Shown: positions 17,511 through 27,360 of the stretch, in pieces
How positions within the stretch are numbered: position 1 is the stretch's first letter
Layout: the number at the start of each line of letters is the position of its first letter
NCBI GenBank assembly: GCA_033763835.1
Contig: JANRJS010000022.1
Span: 37,108-101,107, forward strand
Reading direction: 5' to 3'
Source of the DNA: Bryobacteraceae bacterium
GTDB lineage: Bacteria > Acidobacteriota > Terriglobia > Bryobacterales > Bryobacteraceae
Length of the DNA stretch: 64,000 nucleotides
Position numbers and translations under genes: made by a program
The notes under the pieces: generated by a model
What the model saw: the letters and a program-made list of their open reading frames with translations, nothing else
Told to the model about the DNA's origin: nothing
Database searches by the model: none

Positions 17511-19184
17511 TCAGTAGAAGAGAAAATCGAGGCGATTGATCGTCGCCCACAGCAAATCTTCGGTCGTCCGAACGGCGTCCCCGGTTTCGAGCAGGCTCAG
17601 CGCGGTGCGGCGCTCCGCTTCCGTCGGGGGACGGCTTAGCGCCAACAGGAACAGCTTCTCGACACGTTCCGCCGGGGCCAGTTTCATCCAGGCGTGATCC
17701 GGCTTGATCTCCACCTTCGCGCGCACGGTCTTGTCGTTCAACAGCGTCGCCGCCTGCACCATGCTCGCGCGGCGCGTCGCTTCGGCCTCATAGCGGTCGC
17801 ATTGCCCGAACGTCTGCATCCACAAGAGCGTCGGACGGTGCGACTTGTCGATGTCCTGCGGGCTGTGCGTCTGCATGACGAACGGCGTTTTCTTCGGGCT
17901 GTACGTGATCTTGAAATCCGGCCAGTTGCCGGTGACTTGCGACATCGCGTCGTAGAGTTGCTCGGCGGAGAGCCGCCGCACACGCCGCCGCGTGAAGTAA
18001 GAATCGTACGTCTGCTTCCACTCGCCGTCGAAGCGCCCGCTCAGCGCATAGGTCTTCGACGATACGATCTCGCGGATCAGCCACCGCAGATCGTAACCAG
18101 ATTCGCGGAATCCGTCGGCGAGCGCGTCCAGCAGTTCGGGATGGCTCGGCTGTATGGTCCACGGCGCGGGCGGCGGATTCTTGGGGTCTTGCCGCGCCAG
18201 ATCGAAATCGAACGGATTTTCGACGATCCCCGCGCCCATCAGTTCCGCCCAAAACAGATTGACGGTGGCGCGCGCAAACTGCGGATCGCTCGTGAGCATC
18301 CGCGCGAACGCCGCGCGAGGAGCCTCGCCTTCGTTGGCGCGTCCACCGTTCAAGATAAAGGTCGGCGTAATCTCGGCCTTGTAGCGCTTAGGCCGTAACG
18401 CCGACACGGTCGTAAGATCGTAGCCCGCGCGCGTGTCGTTGACGATGAACTGCGGCGACCTGCCGAACTCCGGGGAGATGTAAGTTTTTCCGAAAAAGCT
18501 CGCTTGCCGCCAAACGTCCGCGCGCTTCTTTTTCGAGAGCCACAGATTCACCTTTTCAAGATGAGCCGCTCCGTCGTGGCAGGAGATGCACTCGAGATTC
18601 ACGCCTAGAAACAGCTTGCCGGTGGTGATCGCCAGTTCGTCGGCGGTGTCCTCGTGATTCATCATGTAGCCGTCGCCCTCGAACACCCGGTTGCGGCCCA
18701 GGAAGTTAGCCGGACCATTGGTCCAGGTCGAGACCGCCGACGCCGTAACCATTTCCCGCACCATTTGGTCGTAAGGGACGTTGAGCAGCAGGCACTTGTA
18801 AATCCAGTCGTAGAACGCATTGATGCCTTCTTCGAGCAGTTGCCCGTTGCGCACGAGATCGTTGAGGAAGTAGGCCCAGCGGTCGAGAAACGGATGGCTG
18901 GAAATCGAGCGCATGCCCGGAACCGGCTTTTCCGGAAACAATGCGTCGATGGCTTTTTGACGTTTGCCGGGGTCCGTGTCCTTCAGGAATGCCCTCGCGG
19001 CATCTGGTTCGGGAAGGCGCCCCGTCAAATCGAGATAAAGCCGCCGCAGGAACTCGCTATCGGAGGCTGACGCGGCGAACGGCACTCGATCGCGCTGCGC
19101 TTTCTCCCAGATAAACCTGTCGACCAGTTCGCCCGGCGCGGCAATCGCAGCGGCCATCGAAGCGAAAAGAATTAGGGCGCGCAT
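17511..19184 (-). CDS. DUF1549/DUF1553 domain-containing protein
   Basis: DUF1549-type N-terminal block (FLRRLYLDLTGRLPEPDAARAFL), Cys block ECISCHDG, DUF1553-type C-terminal half. Conserved pairing with DUF1501. Confidence 0.85.
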   Translation of the reverse strand: MRALILFASMAAAIAAPGELVDRFIWEKAQRDRVPFAASASDSEFLRRLYLDLTGRLPEPDAARAFLKDTDPGKRQKAIDALFPEKPVPGMRSISSHPFLDRWAYFLNDLVRNGQLLEEGINAFYDWIYKCLLLNVPYDQMVREMVTASAVSTWTNGPANFLGRNRVFEGDGYMMNHEDTADELAITTGKLFLGVNLECISCHDGAAHLEKVNLWLSKKKRADVWRQASFFGKTYISPEFGRSPQFIVNDTRAGYDLTTVSALRPKRYKAEITPTFILNGGRANEGEAPRAAFARMLTSDPQFARATVNLFWAELMGAGIVENPFDFDLARQDPKNPPPAPWTIQPSHPELLDALADGFRESGYDLRWLIREIVSSKTYALSGRFDGEWKQTYDSYFTRRRVRRLSAEQLYDAMSQVTGNWPDFKITYSPKKTPFVMQTHSPQDIDKSHRPTLLWMQTFGQCDRYEAEATRRASMVQAATLLNDKTVRAKVEIKPDHAWMKLAPAERVEKLFLLALSRPPTEAERRTALSLLETGDAVRTTEDLLWATINRLDFLFY

Positions 19185-19253
19185 CGTTAGGATCGTATGC
19201 GGTTAATCGGATGGATTCAAGTGGTCCACCGTCGAAAACCGGTTATTACGGGC

Positions 19254-19277
19254 GATGTTACGTACGATGTAACGTAG
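19254..19277 (-). promoter_or_regulatory. tandem 12-bp direct repeat gatgttacgtac/gatgtaacgtag (minus strand: GTTACATC / GTAACATC) upstream of the DUF1553 operon
   Basis: Read directly in the AT-rich 106-bp gap between the regulator stop (19291) and the DUF1553 start (19184). Confidence 0.3.
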
Positions 19278-19290
19278 TAATTTCCTACAT

Positions 19291-20478
19291 TTACGGGCCC
19301 GCCCGGAAAGCGATCCACTTCGCGCGAAGCACTTTCTCGGCGTTTTGCTCGTACTCGACCACCGCCTCGAAATGGCGTGGCGAGCCGTTGTTCCGCCGGA
19401 TTGTTTCCAGCTTTTCGAGTTCCGAGGCGCTGGTCAGCATGGCGGCCAGCGCGTTGTTGTGACGGCTCGCGAGCAACACCAACTCGGTTCCGCGCTCCTT
19501 ACCGGGGCGGCGCGCGACGATCCCATAAGAAACGGTTCGCAAAGGCGCAAGCGGCGCTTCCGACCACACGGCTTTTTCCCCCGGCGCTGGATTTCGATTC
19601 AGCACCGCGCGAGTGCCGCTCTTAAGCGAAAAGTTCATCCCGGCGAGCAGTTCCTCGGCCTGCACCACGCTGCCCGGCCCCACCATCAGCAAGGCGCTCT
19701 GCGCGCCGAGCATGTCGATCGAAACCGCCGAAGTGTCGCGCACGATCGTGGGAATCGCGCGGTCGTGGAGGTAGCGCGAAAGAACGCCTACGGCGAGCGT
19801 GTCGGACGCCACCGTGTAGAGTTGACTGACTTCCGGCTCACCCAGTTTGCTCTTCAACTCGCGCAGTGGCGAAGATTGAGCGAAATCGGCGGGAGCGTTA
19901 ACGAAGAAGTCGCGCGCCACAAAACTGGGCCACTGAAAAAACAAGGGCGCGGGCACGATCATCGTTACGGGACTACCTGGGCGAATGGCGTCGGCCCAAA
20001 ACCGGTCGAGCGGCGGCGTGGATCTTTGGCTGCCGCCCAAACGCAGCCGCACATTGTCGGCGATCAGTCCGGCGATCGCCACGGCGCCGATGGCGATCAT
20101 TGCCGGCCGCCTCCATTGACGCCGGAACGCTGGGCCTGTGGAAGGGGCCGTCTCGGCACGATCCAATTGAATCTGGTAACTGCCCGCTGGAAGCGACAGC
20201 CGGTAGCCGGCGGATTGACCTTCATTCTCGTAGTAGTCGCGCAGGCGCTGACGGAGGCGTCCCATGTGGACGCGGACCGAGGAATCCGTTTTGGGGTCGA
20301 AGTCCGCGCGGCGTCCCAAGACATCCACTCCGACGGCGTACTCGTTCGTCGGCTCGGTGCCGCGTCGTGCGAGATACAGCAACAGGTCGCGCAACACGGG
20401 CGCTTTCTGGAACCGGGCGCTCGCCGCCACCCGCGCGGCCTCGGCCTGCGGATCGGGCACAGAACCGGCGGGCGTCAT
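19291..20478 (-). CDS. ToxR/CadC-like membrane-anchored winged-helix regulator (paralog of 8548-9792)
   Basis: Same architecture: wHTH-like N-terminus (LLLYLARRG...EYAVGVDVLGRRADFDPKTDSSVRVHMGRLRQRLRDYY...RLSLPAGSYQIQL), one TM (AMIAIGAVAIAGLI), ~250-aa C-terminal domain. ATGA overlap with rbsK. Confidence 0.6.
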   Translation of the reverse strand: MTPAGSVPDPQAEAARVAASARFQKAPVLRDLLLYLARRGTEPTNEYAVGVDVLGRRADFDPKTDSSVRVHMGRLRQRLRDYYENEGQSAGYRLSLPAGSYQIQLDRAETAPSTGPAFRRQWRRPAMIAIGAVAIAGLIADNVRLRLGGSQRSTPPLDRFWADAIRPGSPVTMIVPAPLFFQWPSFVARDFFVNAPADFAQSSPLRELKSKLGEPEVSQLYTVASDTLAVGVLSRYLHDRAIPTIVRDTSAVSIDMLGAQSALLMVGPGSVVQAEELLAGMNFSLKSGTRAVLNRNPAPGEKAVWSEAPLAPLRTVSYGIVARRPGKERGTELVLLASRHNNALAAMLTSASELEKLETIRRNNGSPRHFEAVVEYEQNAEKVLRAKWIAFRAGP

Positions 20479-21317
20479 CCCAACAACTCCATCACTTCCC
20501 GCCGCGAAGGCATCGACGGCTGCGCGCCTCGCCGAGTGACGGTGATCGCCGCCGCCGCGTTGGCGAACCGCAGCGCTTCGGGCATCAGCGTCCCATGCGC
20601 GAGAGCCACCGCCAGAGCTCCGTTGAATGTGTCTCCGGCGGCGGTGGTGTCGAGCGCGTTCACCGGAAAGCCCGGATACACTCGACCTTCGAACTCGCAG
20701 CCCCGGGCGCCCAGTTTGAAGATCGTCGATTTCGCAAGCGCAGCCTTCGCACCCAACGCCGCCGCTTCGGATTCGTTGGGCGTCAAGATATCGACCAGCG
20801 CTAGCGGTTCCTCGTTCAACGCGACGACCGGCGCGGGATCGAGGATCGTTACTGCTCCCGCTCGCTTCGCTGCGCGCAACCCGGCCTCGACGGTAGCAAG
20901 CGGAGTCTCCAGTTGGAAAAGGGCGACTTGGCAGCCGTCGAACGCATCTTCGTCGATTTCACCGGCAACGAAATCGGCGTTCGCGCCAGATGCCACGATA
21001 ATCGAGTTCTCGCCCCGCGCATCCACGGCAATCCATGCCACGCCCGTCGATTTCTTCGAGAGACGAACGCGAGTGGTATCGACACCCGCATCGCGTAACG
21101 AATCGAGCAGCCGTTCGCCGAACGCATCCGCGCCCACGCGGCCGATCATCGCCACGTCTCCGCCGAGCTTAGCCGCCGCTACCGCTTGATTCGCGCCCTT
21201 GCCGCCGGGCAGCGCCTCGAACGCACTCGCGAGCACCGTCTCTCCCGGCGATGGATGATGGGTCACTCGCGCGATGAGGTCCATGTTCAGACTGCCCAGG
21301 ACGACGATACGCGCCAT
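20475..21317 (-). CDS. rbsK: ribokinase
   Basis: PfkB family motifs GGKGANQAVAAAKLG and DTTAAGDTFNGAL. 280 aa. Confidence 0.85.
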   Translation of the reverse strand: MARIVVLGSLNMDLIARVTHHPSPGETVLASAFEALPGGKGANQAVAAAKLGGDVAMIGRVGADAFGERLLDSLRDAGVDTTRVRLSKKSTGVAWIAVDARGENSIIVASGANADFVAGEIDEDAFDGCQVALFQLETPLATVEAGLRAAKRAGAVTILDPAPVVALNEEPLALVDILTPNESEAAALGAKAALAKSTIFKLGARGCEFEGRVYPGFPVNALDTTAAGDTFNGALAVALAHGTLMPEALRFANAAAAITVTRRGAQPSMPSRREVMELLG

Positions 21318-21321
21318 CGCG

Positions 21322-21912
21322 CTACCGCGCGTTGAGATCGATGCCGAGCTTCTTCAGCTCCTCGGCGTAGTAGCGCTTATGCAGCACGTCCCATTCCTCG
21401 CCGCCTTCGGGAATGTCGCGCTTGATGGTCTTCACTTTTTGCCGTGCGTCGCGATCGACCTTCTCTTCCAGCATGAGAAGCTCCGTCATGCCCTTGACGA
21501 TTTCGAGCCGCACTTCGTTCGGATCTTTTTTCACGCGCACTTCGCGGGACTTGCGCAGCGCCGCCAGAATCTTGTGCGAGAGGTCGGTCACCTTATCGCG
21601 CGATAACTTCATTGCGTCGCCCGTGTCGCGGCCCGAAGCCCGAATAATCTTCCGCTTCTGGATGTACTGATTTTTGACCTTGCGGAACATCTCCTGGTAG
21701 CTGATCCCGTTCTCGCGCATGTAATCGGAGTACTGCTCGAGTTCGGACCGCACCTCGTCGTTTAACCGGTCTTCGATCGACAAATCTTCGTCGATGATGG
21801 CGGCCACTTGCTCGATCGTCGCGGCGCTATTCGGCGCGTCGATCATTTGCTGGCTTAAACGGCGTACTAATTGGCGGGAGATGTAAGAGACGAATTCGCG
21901 GGCAAGGAGCAT
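21322..21912 (-). CDS. DUF507 family protein (tentative)
   Basis: 196 aa, charged helical protein. The block MKLSRDKVTDLSHKIL...IPEGGEEWDVLHKRYYAEE matches my recollection of DUF507. Confidence 0.5.
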   Translation of the reverse strand: MLLAREFVSYISRQLVRRLSQQMIDAPNSAATIEQVAAIIDEDLSIEDRLNDEVRSELEQYSDYMRENGISYQEMFRKVKNQYIQKRKIIRASGRDTGDAMKLSRDKVTDLSHKILAALRKSREVRVKKDPNEVRLEIVKGMTELLMLEEKVDRDARQKVKTIKRDIPEGGEEWDVLHKRYYAEELKKLGIDLNAR

Positions 21913-21949
21913 TCGTTATGATTCGCGGACTTGTCCTAGTCTACATAAA

Positions 21950-23131
21950 GTGGCTCGAACCTTCTGTGTTGTAGGCGGTGGAATCGTTGGGTTAGCGGCG
22001 GCGTGGCGGCGACTGGAGCGTTCGCCCGGCTCGCGCGTCGTCGTGTTCGAAAAGGAGCCCGCTGTCGGCCGCCATCAGAGCGGGCACAACAGCGGTGTGC
22101 TCCACGCCGGTCTCTACTACAAACCAGGGTCGCTCAAAGCTCGGCTGGCCGTCGAAGGCATCCGCCGCATGCGCGCGTTTTGCGCGGAGCACGGGATCGC
22201 GCACGAGACGTGCGGCAAGCTGGTCGTCGCGGTAACGGACGGCGAAGTTCCCCGGTTACGCGAGTTGCTCGATCGCGGCGCCGCGAATGGGCTTGCCGGA
22301 GTGCGTTGGCTTGAACCGGAGGCGATGCGCGAAATCGAACCGCATGTCGCCGGCGTCGCGGCGGTGCACGTTCCCGAAGAAGGCATCGCCGACTATCCCG
22401 CCGTCTGCCGCAAGCTGGCCGAACTCATTCGCGAGCGCGGCGGCGAAGTGCGCCTCAATTCGCCGGTCGAGAAAATCGAGCGCGACGGCGCGGGTTGGCG
22501 TGCGAACGGCGAGGCGTTCGACTATCTGATCAACTGCGCGGGCCTGCACTCGGATCGTGTACTCGCGCTCGCGGGGGAGCGCCGCACGACGCGCATCGTG
22601 CCCTTTCGCGGGGAGTATTTTCAGATGACGGGCGAAGGCGCGAAACTTGTGCGCCATCTGATTTACCCTGTACCCGATCCGGCGTTCCCATTCCTGGGCG
22701 TTCACTTTACGCGCATGATCCACGGCGGCGTCGAATGCGGACCCAACGCCGTTCTCGCCACCAGCCGCGAAGGCTACACAAAAACCGACTTCCGTTTCGG
22801 CGATGTCGTGGACACATTCTCGTTCCCCGGCTTCTGGAAGTTCTTCGCGAAATACCCGTCTCTAGCCGCTTACGAAGTTCGACGGTCGCTCAGCCGCGCC
22901 GAGTTCTGCCGCTCTCTGCAACGGCTGGTGCCCGCCGTCGAGCTACGGCATCTAGCGCCGGGGGGCGCGGGCGTTCGAGCGCAGGCGATGGCGGAAGACG
23001 GAACGCTCATCCAGGACTTCGACATCGTCGAGCGCCCGAACGCGCTGCATGTGGTGAATGCGCCCAGCCCCGGGGCTACCGCGTCGCTCGCCATCGCGGA
23101 CTATTTGCTCGACCGCCTTGGGCCGGGATGA
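21950..23131 (+). CDS. lhgO: L-2-hydroxyglutarate oxidase
   Basis: FAD motif VVGGGIVGLA and the LhgO-typical block GHNSGVLHAGLYYKPGSLKA. 393 aa. Confidence 0.8.
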   Translation: MARTFCVVGGGIVGLAAAWRRLERSPGSRVVVFEKEPAVGRHQSGHNSGVLHAGLYYKPGSLKARLAVEGIRRMRAFCAEHGIAHETCGKLVVAVTDGEVPRLRELLDRGAANGLAGVRWLEPEAMREIEPHVAGVAAVHVPEEGIADYPAVCRKLAELIRERGGEVRLNSPVEKIERDGAGWRANGEAFDYLINCAGLHSDRVLALAGERRTTRIVPFRGEYFQMTGEGAKLVRHLIYPVPDPAFPFLGVHFTRMIHGGVECGPNAVLATSREGYTKTDFRFGDVVDTFSFPGFWKFFAKYPSLAAYEVRRSLSRAEFCRSLQRLVPAVELRHLAPGGAGVRAQAMAEDGTLIQDFDIVERPNALHVVNAPSPGATASLAIADYLLDRLGPG

Positions 23132-24354
23132 TTCGGGACGCGACAATCCATATCGGGCAGCGCTTCGTGCGTACGCTCGCGGAACTTGCCCGCGAGCCCG
23201 CGCGCAATCGAAACCTTATCGGATCCGAAACGCTCGCGCATCGCATCTACCGCTTCGAGGGCCTTCGACCAACGCTTCGGCTCGTCGAACAGATTCGCCT
23301 GCGCGGCCGCTTCTTCGAGTCCCGACATGCCGACGCCCAGTAATCGCACGGCCTCTCCGCGCCGCCACGCCTTGACGAACAGCGCTCGCGCCGCGTCTCC
23401 GATAACACGATCGATCGCCGTCGGTTCGCGCAACGTGCGTGCCCGCGTGTAGGTCGAGAAATCCGAGTAGCGCAGCTTCAGATGCACCGTTCTCCCCTCG
23501 ACGCCTTGCGCGCGCATCCGCTGCGCCACCATTTCACTTAAGCGCTCGATCGTCGCGAGCAGTTTGGATTCGTCCGCGAGATCGGTGTCGAAAGTCCGCT
23601 CGTGGCTGATCGATTTCGCGTCCGTATCCTCGGCGACACCCGCCTGAAACCAGCCCCCAGCGTCCTCGCCGCGAGCTTTGCCCGCCAACGCCACGCCCCA
23701 CTTGCCGAAACGTTTTTCGAGAAACGCGTGGTCGAGCCGCGCCAAGTCGCCGATCCGCCGCAAGCCCATCGAGTGCAGTTCGCGCGCGGTGACTTTACCG
23801 ACGCCGGGCACTTTTTCCACGGCGAGGGGAGCCAGAAACTCCGCTTCGCATCCCGGTGGAATCCACAACACGCCATTCGGTTTCGCCTGATCGGAAGCGA
23901 TCTTCGAAACCAATCGTGTCGCCGACGCTCCGATCGAGCAGTTGAGCTTCGTCGCCCGCCGAACGCTCTCGTGCAGCTTGTGCGCGGCTTCGAAGGGCGG
24001 GCCATGCAAGCGCTCCGTGCCCGTCATGTCGAGGTACGCTTCGTCGATCGACGCCATCTCCACGGCGGGCGTGAACCGGTCGAGTACGGCGCGGACCTTG
24101 TGCGAGTACTCGCGATACCGCTCCGGGTTGCCCTCGACGAAGATCGCCTGCGGGCACTTCTGCGCCGCCGTCCGCAGCGGCATCGCGGAGTGAACTCCAA
24201 ACTTTCGCGCCGCGTACGAAGCCGCCGAGACGACGCCCCGCTGATCGCGCGCTCCGCCCACCACCACCGGCTTGCCCTTCAGCGAGGGATCGAAGAGTTC
24301 CTCCACGCTCACGAAGAACGCGTCCATGTCGAGGTGGAAGATCGATCGCGTCAT
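23101..24354 (-). CDS. dinB: DNA polymerase IV (Y-family)
   Basis: IFHLDMDAFFVSVE N-terminus, SIDEAYLD motif, HhH/little-finger C-terminus. ATG at 24354 forms an ATGA overlap with the prmC stop. The track extension to 24576 overlaps prmC. Confidence 0.9.
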   Translation of the reverse strand: MTRSIFHLDMDAFFVSVEELFDPSLKGKPVVVGGARDQRGVVSAASYAARKFGVHSAMPLRTAAQKCPQAIFVEGNPERYREYSHKVRAVLDRFTPAVEMASIDEAYLDMTGTERLHGPPFEAAHKLHESVRRATKLNCSIGASATRLVSKIASDQAKPNGVLWIPPGCEAEFLAPLAVEKVPGVGKVTARELHSMGLRRIGDLARLDHAFLEKRFGKWGVALAGKARGEDAGGWFQAGVAEDTDAKSISHERTFDTDLADESKLLATIERLSEMVAQRMRAQGVEGRTVHLKLRYSDFSTYTRARTLREPTAIDRVIGDAARALFVKAWRRGEAVRLLGVGMSGLEEAAAQANLFDEPKRWSKALEAVDAMRERFGSDKVSIARGLAGKFRERTHEALPDMDCRVPNHPGPRRSSK

Positions 24355-25172
24355 ATTCGCCGGGCGCTCAACACTCGCGGTTTGTCGGCGAGGTCGGGGC
24401 GTATCTCGACATGCTCCCATCTTTTGCCGGAAAAAGCGTTGTCGAAGAGCGGAAGCATGTCGGCGCGAGAGTCGATCTCGCCCACCAGCCAAGCGCCCGC
24501 GGGCGTTTGCTCGATAATGCGCCGCCAGACCGCCAGCCCGTCCGGACCGCCGTAGAGCGCGAGCGGCGGCTCCCACTCGCCCACTTCGCGCGGCAGGGCG
24601 TCGCCGTCGGGAAGATACGGCGGATTCGTCACGATCAGCGCGGCGTTTCGCAAGGCGGTCAATAGGTCGCCCCGCCAGAACACAACGTCGGCATTATGTC
24701 TCCGGGCGTTCGCACGCGCCAACTCCACCGGCGCGAGATCGACGGCGTACACGCGCCGCCGCAACTCGCACGCCAGCGTCACGGCGATCGAACCACTGCC
24801 CGTCCCCACATCTACGATGGGACCACGCAAGTCGCGCGCGAGTTCGATCGCCCGCTCGACCGCCAATTCGGTCTCCGGCCTCGGAATCAAGACTCCCGGC
24901 GCGACCGAGAACTCGCGGCCATAAAACTCTTGCTTGCGCGTGATGTACTGCGTGGGTTTGCCGGACAGCCGTTCGTGCAACCAGCGTCCGTAGTGGATCC
25001 AGGCGAGTTCGGTGAGCCGGTCCTCGGAATGAGCGATCAAGTAAACCCGCTCCACGCCCAGAGCGTGCGCCAGCAGAACTTCCGCCGTTAATCGCGGAGA
25101 ATCGACTCCGCCGCGCGCGAGAATCTTCGTGCCTTGCCGGACGGCATCGCCGAGGCGCAGCTCCGGCCGCAA
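24351..25172 (-). CDS. prmC: release-factor N5-glutamine methyltransferase
   Basis: SAM motif VDVGTGSGSIA and the catalytic IVTNPPY. Located downstream of prfA. Confidence 0.9.
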   Translation of the reverse strand: MRPELRLGDAVRQGTKILARGGVDSPRLTAEVLLAHALGVERVYLIAHSEDRLTELAWIHYGRWLHERLSGKPTQYITRKQEFYGREFSVAPGVLIPRPETELAVERAIELARDLRGPIVDVGTGSGSIAVTLACELRRRVYAVDLAPVELARANARRHNADVVFWRGDLLTALRNAALIVTNPPYLPDGDALPREVGEWEPPLALYGGPDGLAVWRRIIEQTPAGAWLVGEIDSRADMLPLFDNAFSGKRWEHVEIRPDLADKPRVLSARRI

Positions 25173-25176
25173 GAAA

Positions 25177-26259
25177 CTACTCCTTGCTCTCGGCCTGCTC
25201 TTTGAGCTTCTCGGCGTTGTAGTAGGCGGTGAGCGCGTCCACCAGCGGGTCGATTTCGCCCTCGATGATCCGGTCGAGTTGATACAGCGTCAGGCCGATC
25301 CGGTGATCGCTCACACGGTTCTCCTTGAAATTGTATGTGCGGATTTTCTCGCTGCGGTCGCCAGTGCCAACCATGCTCTTGCGTTGCGCGCCCAACTCCG
25401 CCATTTGCTTTTCCATCTCCACTTCGTAGAGGCGGCTGCGCAATACGCGCATGGCTTTCTCGCGATTTTTAATCTGCGACTTCTCGTCCTGGCAGGAGAC
25501 GACCGTGTTCGTCGGAATGTGCGTGATGCGCACCGCCGAATACGTGGTGTTGACGCTTTGCCCGCCCGGACCCGACGAACAAAACGTGTCCACCCGAATA
25601 TCTTTGGGCTCGATCTTCACTTCGACTTCGTCCGCCTCGGGTAGCACCGCTACGGTGATGGTCGAGGTGTGAATGCGGCCCTGAGTTTCCGTCTCCGGTA
25701 CGCGTTGCACGCGATGCACACCGGATTCGTACTTCAGCTTCGAGTAAACCTTCTTCCCCGAAATCAGCGCCTGCACGTCTTTCGCGCCGCCCGCTCCGTT
25801 CTCGCTGAGCGACGTCACTTCGACGCGCCACTTCTCTTTCTCCGCGTAGCGCGAGTACATGCGGAAGATCTCCGCCGCAAACAGGCTCGCCTCGTCGCCT
25901 CCGGCGCCGGCGCGAATTTCAAGCACAATGTCCTTCGAATCGTTCGGATCCTTGGGCAGCAGGTGAAGCTTCAGCCGCTCCTCGTATTGGGCGATGAGCG
26001 GTTCCAGGCGCGCGGCTTCCTCTTCGGCCATTAGCCGCATCTCCGCGTCGGTCTCGTCGAGCATCGGCCGAACGCCCGCCAAGTCGCGCGTGGCGGACTT
26101 CCAGCCGCGATAGTCGGCGATCACGTCTTCGAGCTCGGAGACACTCTTCGCCGTCTTGCGGTATTTTTCGGGATCGTTGATGACCGCAGGATCGGCCATC
26201 TGCTGCTGGAGCTCCTCGAATTTCGCTTCGAGGGCGTCCAGTTTCTCGGCGTACTGCAT
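25177..26259 (-). CDS. prfA: peptide chain release factor 1
   Basis: PET-type tripeptide region (RVPETE), GGQ motif ([11 protein letters not shown]), 360 aa. Confidence 0.95.
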   Translation of the reverse strand: MQYAEKLDALEAKFEELQQQMADPAVINDPEKYRKTAKSVSELEDVIADYRGWKSATRDLAGVRPMLDETDAEMRLMAEEEAARLEPLIAQYEERLKLHLLPKDPNDSKDIVLEIRAGAGGDEASLFAAEIFRMYSRYAEKEKWRVEVTSLSENGAGGAKDVQALISGKKVYSKLKYESGVHRVQRVPETETQGRIHTSTITVAVLPEADEVEVKIEPKDIRVDTFCSSGPGGQSVNTTYSAVRITHIPTNTVVSCQDEKSQIKNREKAMRVLRSRLYEVEMEKQMAELGAQRKSMVGTGDRSEKIRTYNFKENRVSDHRIGLTLYQLDRIIEGEIDPLVDALTAYYNAEKLKEQAESKE

Positions 26260-27252
26260 TTAGGCGATAACCAACTCTCCGCCTTGCCGCTTTTCGAGTT
26301 CCATCGCCGCGTTCAACGCCGTAATCGCGATCTCCGCTTGACTGTCGTCGGGGGGCTGCGTGGTGATCCGCTGGAGCCACAATCCCGGCGCGGTCAGGAT
26401 CGTCATCAGAGAGCCGGGGTGCTTGGCCGCAAACCGGATCACCTCGTAACTCACGCCCGCGATCACCGGAATCAGGACAACGCGCGCCGCAAACTTTTCC
26501 CAGAACCCGTCGAGCGGCAAGAACATGTACACCACCATCGAAATCAGCATCACGACGATCAAAAAGCTGGTGCCGCAGCGTGGATGCCACGTCACGAACT
26601 TCTGCGCGTTCTCCACCGTTACCGGCTTGCCCGATTCGAAATTAAACACCACTTTGTGCTCCGCGCCGTGGTACTCGAACACGCGCCGGATGTCCTTCCA
26701 GCGTGAGATACCCCACAAAAATCCGAGGAAGATCGCGAGCCGAATGACGCCGTCGAGAAAGTTGAACGCGATACGGCCGTCGAGCACCGGGAAATACTTC
26801 CGCGCGAAATCGGTGATCCACAGCGGAACGAGCTTGTAGAGGAAGATGAAAAATCCGAGGCTCACGACAAGATTCGCGATCATCGCCCAATCGGACAGCG
26901 ACTCTTTCTTGCCGGACTTGCCTTTCGTTTGGTTTTCCTCTTCGAGCGCGACGTTCGCCGAAAACTTCAGCGCCTTCACGCCCAGCCACATCGCCTGTCC
27001 CAGCGTGCCGACGCCGCGAATGAAAGGGTATTTGAAGATCGGATACTTCTCCGAAACCTTGGCGAGCGGCGCGCTGTCGGTAACGATTTCGCCGTTCGCT
27101 TTCCGCACGGAAATCGCGTAGCTGTGCGGGGCGCGCATCATCACGCCTTCCATCACGGCTTGTCCGCCCACCAGCGTTTCCTCGCCGCTTTCCAAAGCGG
27201 GAAGCAACTGGATGTGAGCCGACAGCCGCAGAAAATCGCGAATTCGTTGCAT
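26260..27252 (-). CDS. DUF1385 domain-containing membrane protein
   Basis: From ATG 27252: LVGGQAVMEGVMMR..., EYHGAEHK motif, several TM segments. Conserved DUF1385-prfA-prmC neighbourhood. The upstream 615 nt of the track ORF are antisense to the TPR gene. Confidence 0.85.
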   Translation of the reverse strand: MQRIRDFLRLSAHIQLLPALESGEETLVGGQAVMEGVMMRAPHSYAISVRKANGEIVTDSAPLAKVSEKYPIFKYPFIRGVGTLGQAMWLGVKALKFSANVALEEENQTKGKSGKKESLSDWAMIANLVVSLGFFIFLYKLVPLWITDFARKYFPVLDGRIAFNFLDGVIRLAIFLGFLWGISRWKDIRRVFEYHGAEHKVVFNFESGKPVTVENAQKFVTWHPRCGTSFLIVVMLISMVVYMFLPLDGFWEKFAARVVLIPVIAGVSYEVIRFAAKHPGSLMTILTAPGLWLQRITTQPPDDSQAEIAITALNAAMELEKRQGGELVIA

Positions 27253-27360
27253 GACGTTGACAATCCAAGTATAGCGTCGCTGCGCCGTTAGCCGCCCCAC
27301 TTGTTGTGCGGGCCGCCACAAAACGGCTCGGATTCCAGCCTTCCGCGCCCATGATTTGGC

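Noticed and set aside
19345-21189. 614-aa plus-strand ORF, together with similar long ORFs at 844-1764, 10266-11603, 27306-28391, 27656-28615, 39212-41032, 43182-44105, 44205-45314 and 48202-49242
   Set aside because: All lie antisense to, or out of frame with, ORFs that carry clear family signatures. Their products are Arg/Pro/Gly/Ala-rich and low in complexity, as expected for stop-free shadow frames in high-GC DNA.
24355-24576. Upstream extension of dinB
   Set aside because: It overlaps prmC. The Y-family N-terminus (FHLDMDAFF) follows the ATG at 24354, which forms a classic ATGA junction.
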